From contig JAHHRU010000003.1 in the NCBI GenBank assembly GCA_020025635.1, forward strand, positions 33,218 through 97,217: a stretch of 64,000 nucleotides of DNA. The letters are read 5' to 3'. The translations under genes and the position numbers were made by a program. Below the pieces are notes generated by a model. That model saw only the letters and a list, made by a program, of their open reading frames with translations. It was not told the origin of the DNA and did no database searches. This DNA comes from Allofournierella sp. (lineage in GTDB: Bacteria; Bacillota; Clostridia; Oscillospirales; Ruminococcaceae). Positions 53,756-62,670 of this stretch are shown piece after piece (position 1 is the stretch's first letter; every line of letters starts with the position of its first letter).

Positions 53756-55328
53756 TTTAAAGAAATATTTCCCTGTCGCCAAATCCTCCATGTTCCAGAA
53801 AGAGCAGCTGTATGTCCGTGCCAACGAGGATATCTCTCTGGATATCTACGAAGGCGAGACCCTGGGCATCGTAGGTGAGTCCGGCTGCGGCAAATCCACT
53901 CTGGGACGTGTGCTGCTTCAGCTCTATCCCCAGACTGCCGGTACCACCATGTATTACGGTGTCACCCTGGAGGACATGCCCCCGAAGTATGTTCCCAAGA
54001 CCCTGAAAAACCTGGACAAATACAAGGCAGAACTGAAAAAGGCCCACGATAAGGCCGAAGAGCTGGCCAAAAAGGTCGAAGCAGCCGGCGGCGAAGATGC
54101 AGCAGACTTCTATCTGCTGCAGGAAGCAAACATTGCCCGCTGTGAAGAGCAGACCCAGCTGAGCCACCTGGCAAAGCTTTTGGGCGGTTTCTTTGCCGTG
54201 GATGAAGGCGGCAAGGGCTGCGGCCTTCTGCTGGAGCTGTATGAGCAGAACTGCAAGCGTGCTGCTGCCCGCAAAAAGCTCACTGCGGCCCAGACCGAGC
54301 GGAACCATCTGGCTCAGATTTCCGATGAAAAGAAGGCTGCCAAGAATGCCGAGAAGCTGGCCAAGCTGGATGCCGAGATCAAGAGCCTGAACGAAGAAGT
54401 ATCGGCCGAGACCAAGGCTTCCGCTGACCTGAACGCCCGTTTGGACGAGCTGCGCAGCCAGTATAAGGACAACGCAGAGTTCCAGAAATACGAGGCAATG
54501 CGGGATGACGGCATCGACCTTTCCCGTTTGGATTACGATGAAATGCGCCTGCTGCGTCAGGATCTGCAGATCATCTTCCAGGATCCTTACTCCTCTTTGA
54601 ACCCCCGGTTCACCATCGGCCAGATCATTGAGGAAGGTGTTGCTACCCACGGCCTGTACAAGCCTGGTTCTCCCGCTATGCGCCAGCATATCGTGGACAC
54701 TATGGTCAAGTGCGGCCTGCAGGAATACATGCTGCACCGCTATCCCCACCAGTTCTCCGGCGGCCAGCGTCAGCGTGTGGCCATTGCCCGTGCACTGGCT
54801 GTTGGCCCCAAGTTCATTGTGTGTGACGAATGCGTTTCCGCTCTGGACGTTTCCATCCAGTCTCAGATCATCAACCTGCTGCAGGAGCTGAAGGAAAAAG
54901 AGAACCTGACCTACATGTTCATTTCTCATGACCTGTCGGTCGTCCGCTACATTTCCGACCGCATCTGCGTGATGTATCTGGGCAACGTGGTGGAGCTGGC
55001 CGATGCCGCAACCATCTTTGATGATCCCCGCCACCCCTACACCGTGGCCCTGCTCTCTTCCATCCCCACCACCAATGTGGATGTGGCAAAGAAAGAGCGC
55101 ATCATTCTGGAGGGCAACATTCCCAGCCCCATCAAGCCGCCGGCAGGATGCAAATTCCACACCCGCTGCTACATGGCCTGCGAGAAATGTGCCCGCGTGA
55201 CCCCCGAACTGCGTGAGATCGAGCCCGGCCACTTCCTGGCCTGCCACTTCCCTGAGCGCAAGATCGATGCTGACGGCAAATACCTCTTCGAGCTTCCCAA
55301 GATGGCCCCCTCTGCAAAGGACAACTGA
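53721..55328 (+). CDS. ABC transporter ATP-binding protein, OppF/DppF-like, with a ~180-aa charged coiled-coil-like insertion
   Basis: 535 aa. Walker A GESGCGKST (about aa 52-60). The Q-loop IIFQDPYSSLNP appears only at about aa 284. LSGGQRQR, FIVCDECVSALD. The intervening segment is rich in K/E/A/L heptad-like sequence. Confidence 0.85.
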   Translation: MKSTKKLLSITNLKKYFPVAKSSMFQKEQLYVRANEDISLDIYEGETLGIVGESGCGKSTLGRVLLQLYPQTAGTTMYYGVTLEDMPPKYVPKTLKNLDKYKAELKKAHDKAEELAKKVEAAGGEDAADFYLLQEANIARCEEQTQLSHLAKLLGGFFAVDEGGKGCGLLLELYEQNCKRAAARKKLTAAQTERNHLAQISDEKKAAKNAEKLAKLDAEIKSLNEEVSAETKASADLNARLDELRSQYKDNAEFQKYEAMRDDGIDLSRLDYDEMRLLRQDLQIIFQDPYSSLNPRFTIGQIIEEGVATHGLYKPGSPAMRQHIVDTMVKCGLQEYMLHRYPHQFSGGQRQRVAIARALAVGPKFIVCDECVSALDVSIQSQIINLLQELKEKENLTYMFISHDLSVVRYISDRICVMYLGNVVELADAATIFDDPRHPYTVALLSSIPTTNVDVAKKERIILEGNIPSPIKPPAGCKFHTRCYMACEKCARVTPELREIEPGHFLACHFPERKIDADGKYLFELPKMAPSAKDN

Positions 55329-55342
55329 TCCGGGTGGCTTAA

Positions 55343-55549
55343 ATGAAGTTCTGGAATTCTGACCGGATGCCCGATCTGCCCACAGCAGAAGAAACCAAAA
55401 AGCGTGAGGAAGAACTTTCCAAGATAAAAATCAGTCTGTCGGACCGTTTTGTGATGGTGGGCACTGCATTTGTCTGCCTGTTTCTCCCCGCTGTTCTGAT
55501 CCTGCTTGGGATCGTTTTCGTGGTAATGCTTGTCTTTGGTCTGTTTTGA
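55343..55549 (+). CDS. small membrane protein (68 aa), hypothetical
   Basis: Charged N-terminus followed by one or two hydrophobic helices. Sits between the last ABC gene and a strong terminator. Weak RBS. Confidence 0.35.
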   Translation: MKFWNSDRMPDLPTAEETKKREEELSKIKISLSDRFVMVGTAFVCLFLPAVLILLGIVFVVMLVFGLF

Positions 55550-55567
55550 CCCGCAAACAGCATTTCA

Positions 55568-55610
55568 GCCGCCTTACTGCCCCGTGTGCAGTAAGGCGGC
55601 TTTTGATTTT
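55568..55610 (+). terminator. rho-independent terminator ending the Opp-like operon
   Basis: GCCGCCTTACTGC-7 nt-GCAGTAAGGCGGC, followed by TTTTGATTTT. Confidence 0.85.
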
Positions 55611-55616
55611 CATCCA

Positions 55617-55660
55617 TAAAAAAGTGCGCTGGAAGACTAGCATCTTCCAGCGCACTTTTA
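55617..55660 (-). terminator. rho-independent terminator for the minus-strand SIS gene
   Basis: AGTGCGCTGGAAGA-loop-TCTTCCAGCGCACT. On the minus strand it is followed by a T-run (AAAAAA on the plus strand at 55618..55623). Confidence 0.8.
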
Positions 55661-55705
55661 CTTTTTGAGTTTGTCGGAATCTTGGGTCAATTCGAAATCA
55701 GCCGT

Positions 55706-56449
55706 TTAATTCAGGTAGTGAATCTGATCCTTATATTTCTCCATAAGCTCTGCGTTGTAAGCGTTGGCACCATCAACGTTGCCGCTCTTGAAGATGGGCG
55801 GCTGCACACCGGCAGCCAGCATCTTCTCGGCTACCTTGATGACCAGAGAGTTCACCACATAGGCACCGCCAACCGTCGAAGTGGGAGCAGCCTTATAGCC
55901 CAGGCCTTCAATGGGAACACAGGCATCCCCCAGCTCTGCACAGTCATCGATCACGATTTCGCAGTGCTCCATCATCATAGTGCCCGACGGATCCAAAGAG
56001 GTTACCTTGCTGGCAAAGTCCTTGCTCACAATGCCGATCACATGGATGCCCTTCTCCTTTGCCTTCATGGCCATCTCGATCACGATGGGAATTCGTGCAG
56101 AAACCGAGTGGATGATCAGGCAGTCGCCGGGTTTAATGCCGGAACGCTCCAGGGTGATGGTTGCCAGACCGGGCAGACGTTCGATCTGGGTGGTCATTGC
56201 GTACGGGCGCACATTGGGCATCAGGTTCGGAACATGAATCGGGCTGATCAGGGCCAGTCCGCCTCCGCGGTAAACCATCTCCTCAACCATCATGCCTGCA
56301 TGAGAGGGGCCAAAAGCATAAATGCTCTTGCCAGCCATTGCAGTGTCAGCCATCAGCTGAGCTGCCTTGTCGATCTCTTCTTCCTGAGTCTCATAAATCT
56401 CATTCAGGATGCTGATCAGCTTGTCTTTGTACCATTCGATGTAGTTCAT
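55706..56449 (-). CDS. SIS (sugar isomerase) domain protein, UPF0309-like
   Basis: ATG at 56449 (MNYIEWYKDK...). SIYAFGPSHAGMM and GDCLIIHSVSARIPI blocks are typical of SIS domains. Confidence 0.7.
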   Translation of the reverse strand: MNYIEWYKDKLISILNEIYETQEEEIDKAAQLMADTAMAGKSIYAFGPSHAGMMVEEMVYRGGGLALISPIHVPNLMPNVRPYAMTTQIERLPGLATITLERSGIKPGDCLIIHSVSARIPIVIEMAMKAKEKGIHVIGIVSKDFASKVTSLDPSGTMMMEHCEIVIDDCAELGDACVPIEGLGYKAAPTSTVGGAYVVNSLVIKVAEKMLAAGVQPPIFKSGNVDGANAYNAELMEKYKDQIHYLN

Positions 56450-56593
56450 AATAAACGATCCTTTCTTTTCATTTTCCTGCAAATGGCAGGAAGTTTTTTT
56501 ATTTTGATTTTAAAATGCCAAAACAAGATATCTTTGTTGTTTTGGCTGCCATTCAATTTCCGAAACACGCTCAAACTCTGTCACTTCGACGCT

Positions 56594-56622
56594 AGTATAA
56601 CACGGTCGATATTTTATTTCAA
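56594..56622 (-). promoter_or_regulatory. candidate promoter for the SIS gene (extended -10)
   Basis: On the minus strand: TTGAAA-N17 (ending TGT)-TATACT. The -35 lies inside the palindrome ATTTCA-ATA-TGAAAT. Confidence 0.5.
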
Positions 56623-56654
56623 TATGAAATTAATAAATAATTTCAGTTTGGAAT
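56616..56654. promoter_or_regulatory. pair of 15-bp dyads ATTTCA-N3-TGRAAT (candidate ROK-regulator operators)
   Basis: 56616..56630 is ATTTCAATATGAAAT (perfect 6-3-6 palindrome). 56640..56654 is ATTTCAGTTTGGAAT (one mismatch). Centres are 24 bp apart. Confidence 0.4.
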
Positions 56655-56758
56655 TAAATCAGCGTTCCTGACAAAAAAAGTATTTCTTTTTGTCGTTTTT
56701 GCCATTATAATCTGTGATTTTTTACAACTTCTATTCATTTTTGTCAGCATTTTCACGA

Positions 56759-56787
56759 TTGACAGTGCAAATCATTCCTGATATATT
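56759..56787 (+). promoter_or_regulatory. sigma-A type promoter for the NitT/TauT-type binding-protein gene
   Basis: TTGACA-N17-TATATT. Leaves a ~150-nt leader before the AGGAGG RBS and the ATG at 56941. Confidence 0.6.
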
Positions 56788-56940
56788 TGTAATCAGAAAC
56801 AAACTTGTCACTTTACACCCAATGCACTTTTTTAAACGCACTCAGGTCTGCACGATTCGTATACAACACATATCTAGAGCCCTTTTCCCTCTCAGAAAGA
56901 TCGATTTTTGGCTCTCAAATTCAGGAGGTTTAAAATCATT

Positions 56941-58104
56941 ATGAAAAAAAGAACATTCTTAAAGAAAGCGGCTGCCGGCGTTGCTCTGTTGTCTTTGATG
57001 CTGAACTTGGCAGCTTGCGGCTCTGGCGAACCGGTGGCCAACGATCCCGCACAGCAGCCGGAAAAGGTCGAAATGCCCTGGCCCGATGTAAAACCGCTGG
57101 AAACGCCGGTCACTCTGAATGTTGCGCTGCTTGCCAACACCACACCTCACCTTCCCACTTACATTGCACAGCAGAAGGGTTGGCTGTCCGCAGTGGGCAT
57201 TGAGGTAAATCCCGTTGTGTTCAAGAACGGTCCCTCCATGACCGAGGCCATGGGCTCCGGCGCCTGGGATTGCGGTTCCACCGGCATCGGCGGTGTCATC
57301 ACCGGCGTTCTCAATCAGGATATGAAGGTCCTGGCTGTTGCCGCCCGCGACGAAGGCGGTTTCCAGGCTTTCTTTGCACGTCCTGATAACCCGATCGTAA
57401 AGGCCGGCAAGGGCAACGGAAAAGTTCCCGAACTGTATGGCACTGCCGACACCTGGCGCGGCCAGGAAATTCTTTGCGCTGTGGGCACCACAAACCAGTT
57501 CCTGCTTTATAAAACTTTGGACAATTTCGGTTTGACCTTGGATGATGTCAACGTGGTCAATATGGACTCTTCTGCCGCAAACACCGCATTCCTCTCCGGC
57601 CAGGGTGATGTGGGCGGCGTTTCCGGCCCCATCGTATTTTCCGATGACAAGAAAGATTTTGTGATGGTTTCTTCGGATGCATGGGCAAAAACCGGCATCG
57701 TTACCAGCTTTGTTGCTTCTCCGAAATCCTGGAGCGAAAAGCAGGAAGCGATCACCAAGTGGCTGGAAGTGATCGTTATGACCAATGAATGGATCGAACA
57801 GAACCGTGAAGAAGCCGCAAAGTATCTCACCAAGATGTATGAAGAAGACGGTTATCCTTCTACCGATGAGGCCAATCTGGATCTGATCACCAACAACCCC
57901 TTCAGCGGGCTGGATTATCAGAAAGACATCATCAGCAGCAACGAAGAAGGCACCATGAAGATGAAGCAGCAGACTTTGGATGCACTTAAGGGCTATGTGG
58001 CCATGGGCAACTACACCCAGGAGCAGTACGACTCGGTTGCCGCATCCACCTCCAACTTCCTGCCGGATGCAATTGAGCAGATCGCTGCAAACCACAGCAA
58101 ATAA
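56941..58104 (+). CDS. ABC transporter substrate-binding lipoprotein, NitT/TauT (NMT1/SsuA-like) family
   Basis: MKKRTFLKKAAAGVALLSLMLNLAAC|G lipobox. 387 aa from the ATG at 56941. Confidence 0.8.
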   Translation: MKKRTFLKKAAAGVALLSLMLNLAACGSGEPVANDPAQQPEKVEMPWPDVKPLETPVTLNVALLANTTPHLPTYIAQQKGWLSAVGIEVNPVVFKNGPSMTEAMGSGAWDCGSTGIGGVITGVLNQDMKVLAVAARDEGGFQAFFARPDNPIVKAGKGNGKVPELYGTADTWRGQEILCAVGTTNQFLLYKTLDNFGLTLDDVNVVNMDSSAANTAFLSGQGDVGGVSGPIVFSDDKKDFVMVSSDAWAKTGIVTSFVASPKSWSEKQEAITKWLEVIVMTNEWIEQNREEAAKYLTKMYEEDGYPSTDEANLDLITNNPFSGLDYQKDIISSNEEGTMKMKQQTLDALKGYVAMGNYTQEQYDSVAASTSNFLPDAIEQIAANHSK

Positions 58105-58112
58105 ACGATCCG

Positions 58113-58170
58113 GATTTCCGGCCAAGACTGCCGCTAAAACCGCCTGCTTGGCCGGAAATCTCGATGTTTT
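58113..58170 (+). terminator. long hairpin after the binding-protein gene (possible terminator or mRNA stabiliser)
   Basis: GATTTCCGGCCAAG-20 nt-CTTGGCCGGAAATC (14-bp perfect stem). The T-run is weak and offset (TCGATGTTTT). Confidence 0.45.
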
Positions 58171-58263
58171 ACTTGTTTAAGCACTGTATCCGTAATATTA
58201 TATAATTGTATTCAACTTATGTAGGCATTATGGATATAAAGACTTGAAAGGCGGTCATTCCTG

Positions 58264-59448
58264 ATGGAAGTAAACACCCCCGAAATCAAAACAGCTTCTC
58301 TGAGAGAAAACAACGTTAAAACTGTCATGCGCTGCCTGCGGAAATGCGGTCCGCTCTCCAGAAGTGAGATTTGCGACAAAACGCAGATTTCAAAGCCGAC
58401 CGCTACGCGGGTGATCAATGCGCTGATTTCCGATGGATGGCTGGAAGAGCTCAACAGCATCAAAACCGCCAGAGGACGTCACCCCATTGAACTGGACATC
58501 CGCCCTGATGCCGCATACAGCTTCGGCGTTAATATTTCCAAAACACACCTGAGCATCGCACTTGTGGATCTGAAGCTGAACATTGTAGATACCTTCAAGG
58601 CTTCCATCCGGAACCTGGAACATGTGGACCAGTTTTTGAAACTGATCGCAGATACGATTTTGGATATGCAGCAGCGCAATCATATCCCGAATGAAAAAAT
58701 TCTCGGAATCGGAGTCGGAGCTCCCGGCCTGATCGACACGCAGAATGGGGTCATGAAGGATTTTGCCCTTTGGGGCAAACTGCGCAACATTCCAATTTCC
58801 AGCTTTCTCAGTGAACACACCGCCTTTAAAACCAAGGTGGACAACAACTGCAATACCTGGCTTGCCGGTGAAATGTGGAACGGATATGCACAAGGCTGCA
58901 GCAATGCTTTGTTTATTTTAAACAGCGAAGGTATTGGCTGCGGCATTGCTGTGGACAATCTCATCCATAACATTTCGGGCGGTCTTGGCCATCTTTCGGT
59001 CAATTTTCGCGGCGACCTGTGTTACTGCGGCAGCCGCGGCTGCATCGAGACCTATTGCTCCACTGACAACATTGAACGCAAAGCAGAAGAAAAAATCAAC
59101 GCTCTGTGCCGTACCGGAGGTTCCTGCCTCTATTCACTTCCCATTGATTTTAAAACGGTATGCCAGAGCATCGATAACGGCGATATGCTTTTTGCCAATA
59201 TCCTGCTGGAAGCAGCTTCTGCCCTTGCCTGCGGAATCGTCAGTCTGATCAAAATATTCCATCCGCAGATCATCATTCTTTCCGGCGCACTTTTTGAGGC
59301 AAGCGATTTTTATTACAACAATGTTGTGATGGAAATTCAAAGCCAGCTTTCCTTTAATGTCAGTTCTCCGCAAATCGTGCGGCGCAATGTAAGTGATGCT
59401 CTTTTTGAAATCGGTGCAGCAACTTTGATCCTGAAGGAACTTTTTTAA
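58264..59448 (+). CDS. ROK family transcriptional regulator (NagC/XylR-like)
   Basis: 394 aa. N-terminal wHTH (NNVKTVMRCLRKCGPLSRSEICDKTQISKPTATRVINAL). ROK zinc motif GHLSV...CYCGSRGCIETY. Confidence 0.88.
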   Translation: MEVNTPEIKTASLRENNVKTVMRCLRKCGPLSRSEICDKTQISKPTATRVINALISDGWLEELNSIKTARGRHPIELDIRPDAAYSFGVNISKTHLSIALVDLKLNIVDTFKASIRNLEHVDQFLKLIADTILDMQQRNHIPNEKILGIGVGAPGLIDTQNGVMKDFALWGKLRNIPISSFLSEHTAFKTKVDNNCNTWLAGEMWNGYAQGCSNALFILNSEGIGCGIAVDNLIHNISGGLGHLSVNFRGDLCYCGSRGCIETYCSTDNIERKAEEKINALCRTGGSCLYSLPIDFKTVCQSIDNGDMLFANILLEAASALACGIVSLIKIFHPQIIILSGALFEASDFYYNNVVMEIQSQLSFNVSSPQIVRRNVSDALFEIGAATLILKELF

Positions 59449-59479
59449 AACATTCTCTCTTACAAAACGGAGTTGCACA

Positions 59480-60271
59480 ATGAAAAAAGAAAATGCTTTG
59501 TATAAATACCGTTTTCTGATCGCGTCCGTATTAACCGTTCTTCTTTTCATTGCATTATGGGCGTTTGTCGTAGAATCCGGTCTTGTATCAACGAAATATC
59601 TTCCTGCCCCCCGGCAGATCCTGAGCACGTTTGTCCAAAAGCTCACGGACCCAAAGCCTGAAGGCTCGACCCTGATCACCAACATCCTTTCCAGCATCAA
59701 AGTGGCAACGGTAGGCTTTCTGATCGCCGTTGTGCTGGGAATCACACTCGGCCTGTTTATGGGCTGGTACACTCCTGTTGAAAAATTTGTAAAACCTGTT
59801 TTCGAGATCATCCGCCCCATTCCGCCGGTAGCCTGGATCCCGATCACGATCATGCTGTTCGGCATCGGCTTCAAAGCCAAGGCCTTTATCATTTTCTTCG
59901 GCGGATTCATTCCGTGCGTCATCAACGCATACACCGGCATTCAGCTCACGAACCGCACCCTGATCAACGTTGCAAAAACATATGGTGCCAGCAGCTGGAA
60001 AATTTTCTGGTCTGTGGGCCTTCCTTCTTCTGTGCAGATGATTTTTGCCGGTATCCGGATCGCGCTGGGTGTTTCCTGGATGACACTGGTTGCAGCAGAA
60101 ATGCTGGCAGCTGATTCGGGCCTGGGGTACATGATTTTGATGGGCAGACAGTTCGCTCGCCCGGATGTTATTGTTCTGGGCATGCTGATCATTGGCGGCA
60201 TCGGAGCACTTCTCTCGTTTATCCTGACCCGCCTGGAGCACAAATTTGAACACTGGAGGGAGAAAAGATGA
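59480..60271 (+). CDS. ABC transporter permease, NitT/TauT family
   Basis: 263 aa, six TM helices. IRPIPPVAWIPI block and an EAA-like loop. Confidence 0.85.
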   Translation: MKKENALYKYRFLIASVLTVLLFIALWAFVVESGLVSTKYLPAPRQILSTFVQKLTDPKPEGSTLITNILSSIKVATVGFLIAVVLGITLGLFMGWYTPVEKFVKPVFEIIRPIPPVAWIPITIMLFGIGFKAKAFIIFFGGFIPCVINAYTGIQLTNRTLINVAKTYGASSWKIFWSVGLPSSVQMIFAGIRIALGVSWMTLVAAEMLAADSGLGYMILMGRQFARPDVIVLGMLIIGGIGALLSFILTRLEHKFEHWREKR

Positions 60272-61065
60272 CTGAAAATATCGAAAAAAGAACTCCCGCA
60301 AAGAAAGCATTCTATTTTCTTCTTTCCGTTCTTTCAATCGTACTTCTCATTGCCGGCTGGGCGCTGCTTGCCAAGGCAAAGCCCTATCTTTTCCCCAGCC
60401 CGGCGCGTGTATGGGACCGCTTTATCCTGATTCTTGAAAAGCCCACCGGACGATATCCCCTGTATATCCATATTCTGGACAGCCTTAAGCGTGTTGGCAT
60501 TGCCGTTGGCCTTGCCAGTGTTTTGGGCATCATGCTGGGTGTGCTTCTCGGCTGGAGCAAATGGTTCTCTGCAACGATCGGTGTTATTTTTGAGATTCTG
60601 CGCCCCATCCCCCCGCTTGCCTGGATCCCTCTGATCACGATCTGGTTCGGCATCGGTGAATTCCCGAAAATCCTGATCGTGTTTATCGGCACCTTCTTCA
60701 ACGTCGTTGTGAACACTTCCACCGGCGTTAAAATGGTGGATAAGCTTCAGCTCGATGTGGGACGCATTTTCCAGGCCAACCAGTTTCAGCTTTTGAAGGA
60801 GATCGTTCTGCCCGCTTCGCTGCCTGCCATCTTTGCAGGCATCCGCGTTGCGCTTGGCGCCGGCTGGGCGGTCGTTCTTGCCGCTGAAATGCTTGGCTCT
60901 CAAACCGGTGTCGGTTATTTGATCACCCTCGGCAACGATATTGGTGATACTGCGCTGATTTTCGTCAGCATGATTATTATCGGCGTGATCGGAGCTCTGC
61001 TCTCTTCTCTTGCCACTTTTATTGAAAGGAGGCTTTGCCCATGGATGGCCGGACAGCAAAGCTGA
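60268..61065 (+). CDS. ABC transporter permease, NitT/TauT family (second, paralogous)
   Basis: 265 aa. LRPIPPLAWIPL block. ATGA overlap with the preceding permease. Confidence 0.85.
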   Translation: MTENIEKRTPAKKAFYFLLSVLSIVLLIAGWALLAKAKPYLFPSPARVWDRFILILEKPTGRYPLYIHILDSLKRVGIAVGLASVLGIMLGVLLGWSKWFSATIGVIFEILRPIPPLAWIPLITIWFGIGEFPKILIVFIGTFFNVVVNTSTGVKMVDKLQLDVGRIFQANQFQLLKEIVLPASLPAIFAGIRVALGAGWAVVLAAEMLGSQTGVGYLITLGNDIGDTALIFVSMIIIGVIGALLSSLATFIERRLCPWMAGQQS

Positions 61066-61802
61066 CACTGAAACACATTTCCAAAACCTTTTATGATCAC
61101 AAAAAAGCTCTTCCCACCATTTCCGATGTGAGCTTTGAAGTATACAACAATGAGTTTCTTGTAATTCTCGGCCCTGGCCTTTGCGGCAAAACAGTCCTTC
61201 TGAACACCGTTTCCGGTCTTGAAGAACCGACTTCCGGCCAGATTTTCCTTGACGGGCGGGAAATTCACGGTACAGATCCCAGCATTGGCATGGTATTTCA
61301 GAAAAAAGCGATCCTGCCTTGGAAAACCGTTATGCAGAATGTTGAATTCGGCCCTAAAATGCGCGGTGTTCCCAAAGCCGAGCGTCGGGCCGCTGCTCAG
61401 AAATTCATCGACCTGGTCGGCCTTCAGGGCTTCGAAAATTCCTTTCCGCATGAACTTTCCGGCGGCATGAAGCAGCGTGTGGGCATTGCGCGTGCCTACG
61501 CCAACGACCCGGAAATCCTTATTCTGGATGAGCCCTTCGGCGCTTTGGATGCGCAGACCCGCTATTCCATGCAGGACGAGATCATCCGCGTTTGGAAAAG
61601 CGAAAAGAAAACCATTATTTTCGTCACCAATAACATCGAAGAGGCTCTCTATTTGGGCGATCGCATTGTCCTGCTTTCCAAGCAGCCTGCGACAGTCAAG
61701 GAAATTTACAACATTGATCTTCCTCGCCCCCGAGATATGTTGTCCCATGAATTCCTGGAACTTCGTGAGAAGATTTCCTCAAACATGGATATCACCGTGT
61801 AA
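61041..61802 (+). CDS. ABC transporter ATP-binding protein, NitT/TauT family
   Basis: ATG at 61041 after AAAGGAGG. Walker A GPGLCGKT, canonical LSGGMKQR, Walker B ILILDEPFGALD. Confidence 0.88.
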   Translation: MDGRTAKLTLKHISKTFYDHKKALPTISDVSFEVYNNEFLVILGPGLCGKTVLLNTVSGLEEPTSGQIFLDGREIHGTDPSIGMVFQKKAILPWKTVMQNVEFGPKMRGVPKAERRAAAQKFIDLVGLQGFENSFPHELSGGMKQRVGIARAYANDPEILILDEPFGALDAQTRYSMQDEIIRVWKSEKKTIIFVTNNIEEALYLGDRIVLLSKQPATVKEIYNIDLPRPRDMLSHEFLELREKISSNMDITV

Positions 61803-61816
61803 TGGAGGTGTGAACT

Positions 61817-62560
61817 GTGGAAGAAAATGTTAAAATCAAGGTTGAAAATCTCACCAAAAAATACGGAGATCTTTTGGTTCTGGACGACCTTTCCTTCAAT
61901 ATCAAAAAAGGTGAGTTTGTCTGCGTTGTGGGCCCGACCGGCTGTGGCAAAACCACCTTTCTGAACCTGCTTTCCTGCCTGATCGAACCCACTCAGGGCC
62001 AGATCCTGATCGACGGGGTCCCTGCAGATCCCAAAAAGCATGATATTGCATTCGTTTTTCAGGAGCCGTCTTCGTTCCCCTGGCTCAATGTGAAAGACAA
62101 CATTGAGTTCGGCATGAAAATGAAAGAATGGCCCAAAGAGAAGCGGGAGAAGCGCGCAGATGAGATCCTGAAGCTGATGGGCCTTGAGGATTTTGCCAAC
62201 GCCTATCCCAGCCAGCTGTCTGTCAGCACAGAGCAGCGCATGGTCATCGGCCGTGCCTTTGCAATGAATCCGGATTTGCTGCTTATGGATGAGCCCTACG
62301 GCCAGATGGACATTAAGATGCGTTTTTATCTTGAGGACGAAGTCATCCGTCTCTGGAAGGAAACCGGCACCACTGTTATCTTCATCACCCACAACATCGA
62401 GGAAGCCGTTTATCTGGCACAGAAGATTTTGATCCTCACCAACAAACCCGCTAAGATCAAAGAAGAACTGCCGATCGATCTGCCGCATCCGCGCAATGTC
62501 AGCGATGATGAATTCATCCGGCTGCGCAAGTATGTAACCGACCAGATCAAGTGGTGGTAA
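61817..62560 (+). CDS. ABC transporter ATP-binding protein, NitT/TauT family, with degenerate signature motif
   Basis: GTG start. Walker A GPTGCGKTT, Walker B LLLMDEPYGQMD. The signature position reads LSVSTEQR instead of LSGGxxQR. Confidence 0.85.
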   Translation: MEENVKIKVENLTKKYGDLLVLDDLSFNIKKGEFVCVVGPTGCGKTTFLNLLSCLIEPTQGQILIDGVPADPKKHDIAFVFQEPSSFPWLNVKDNIEFGMKMKEWPKEKREKRADEILKLMGLEDFANAYPSQLSVSTEQRMVIGRAFAMNPDLLLMDEPYGQMDIKMRFYLEDEVIRLWKETGTTVIFITHNIEEAVYLAQKILILTNKPAKIKEELPIDLPHPRNVSDDEFIRLRKYVTDQIKWW

Positions 62561-62670
62561 CCCTTGCGGCGCTGTCAGGCAGAGATTTTTTCTCTGCACT
62601 TGCGCCTTTCAGAAGATTTCTTCGCATTTTCTTATTTGAATTCTGATCGTATAAAGGAGGCTCATCTCTC

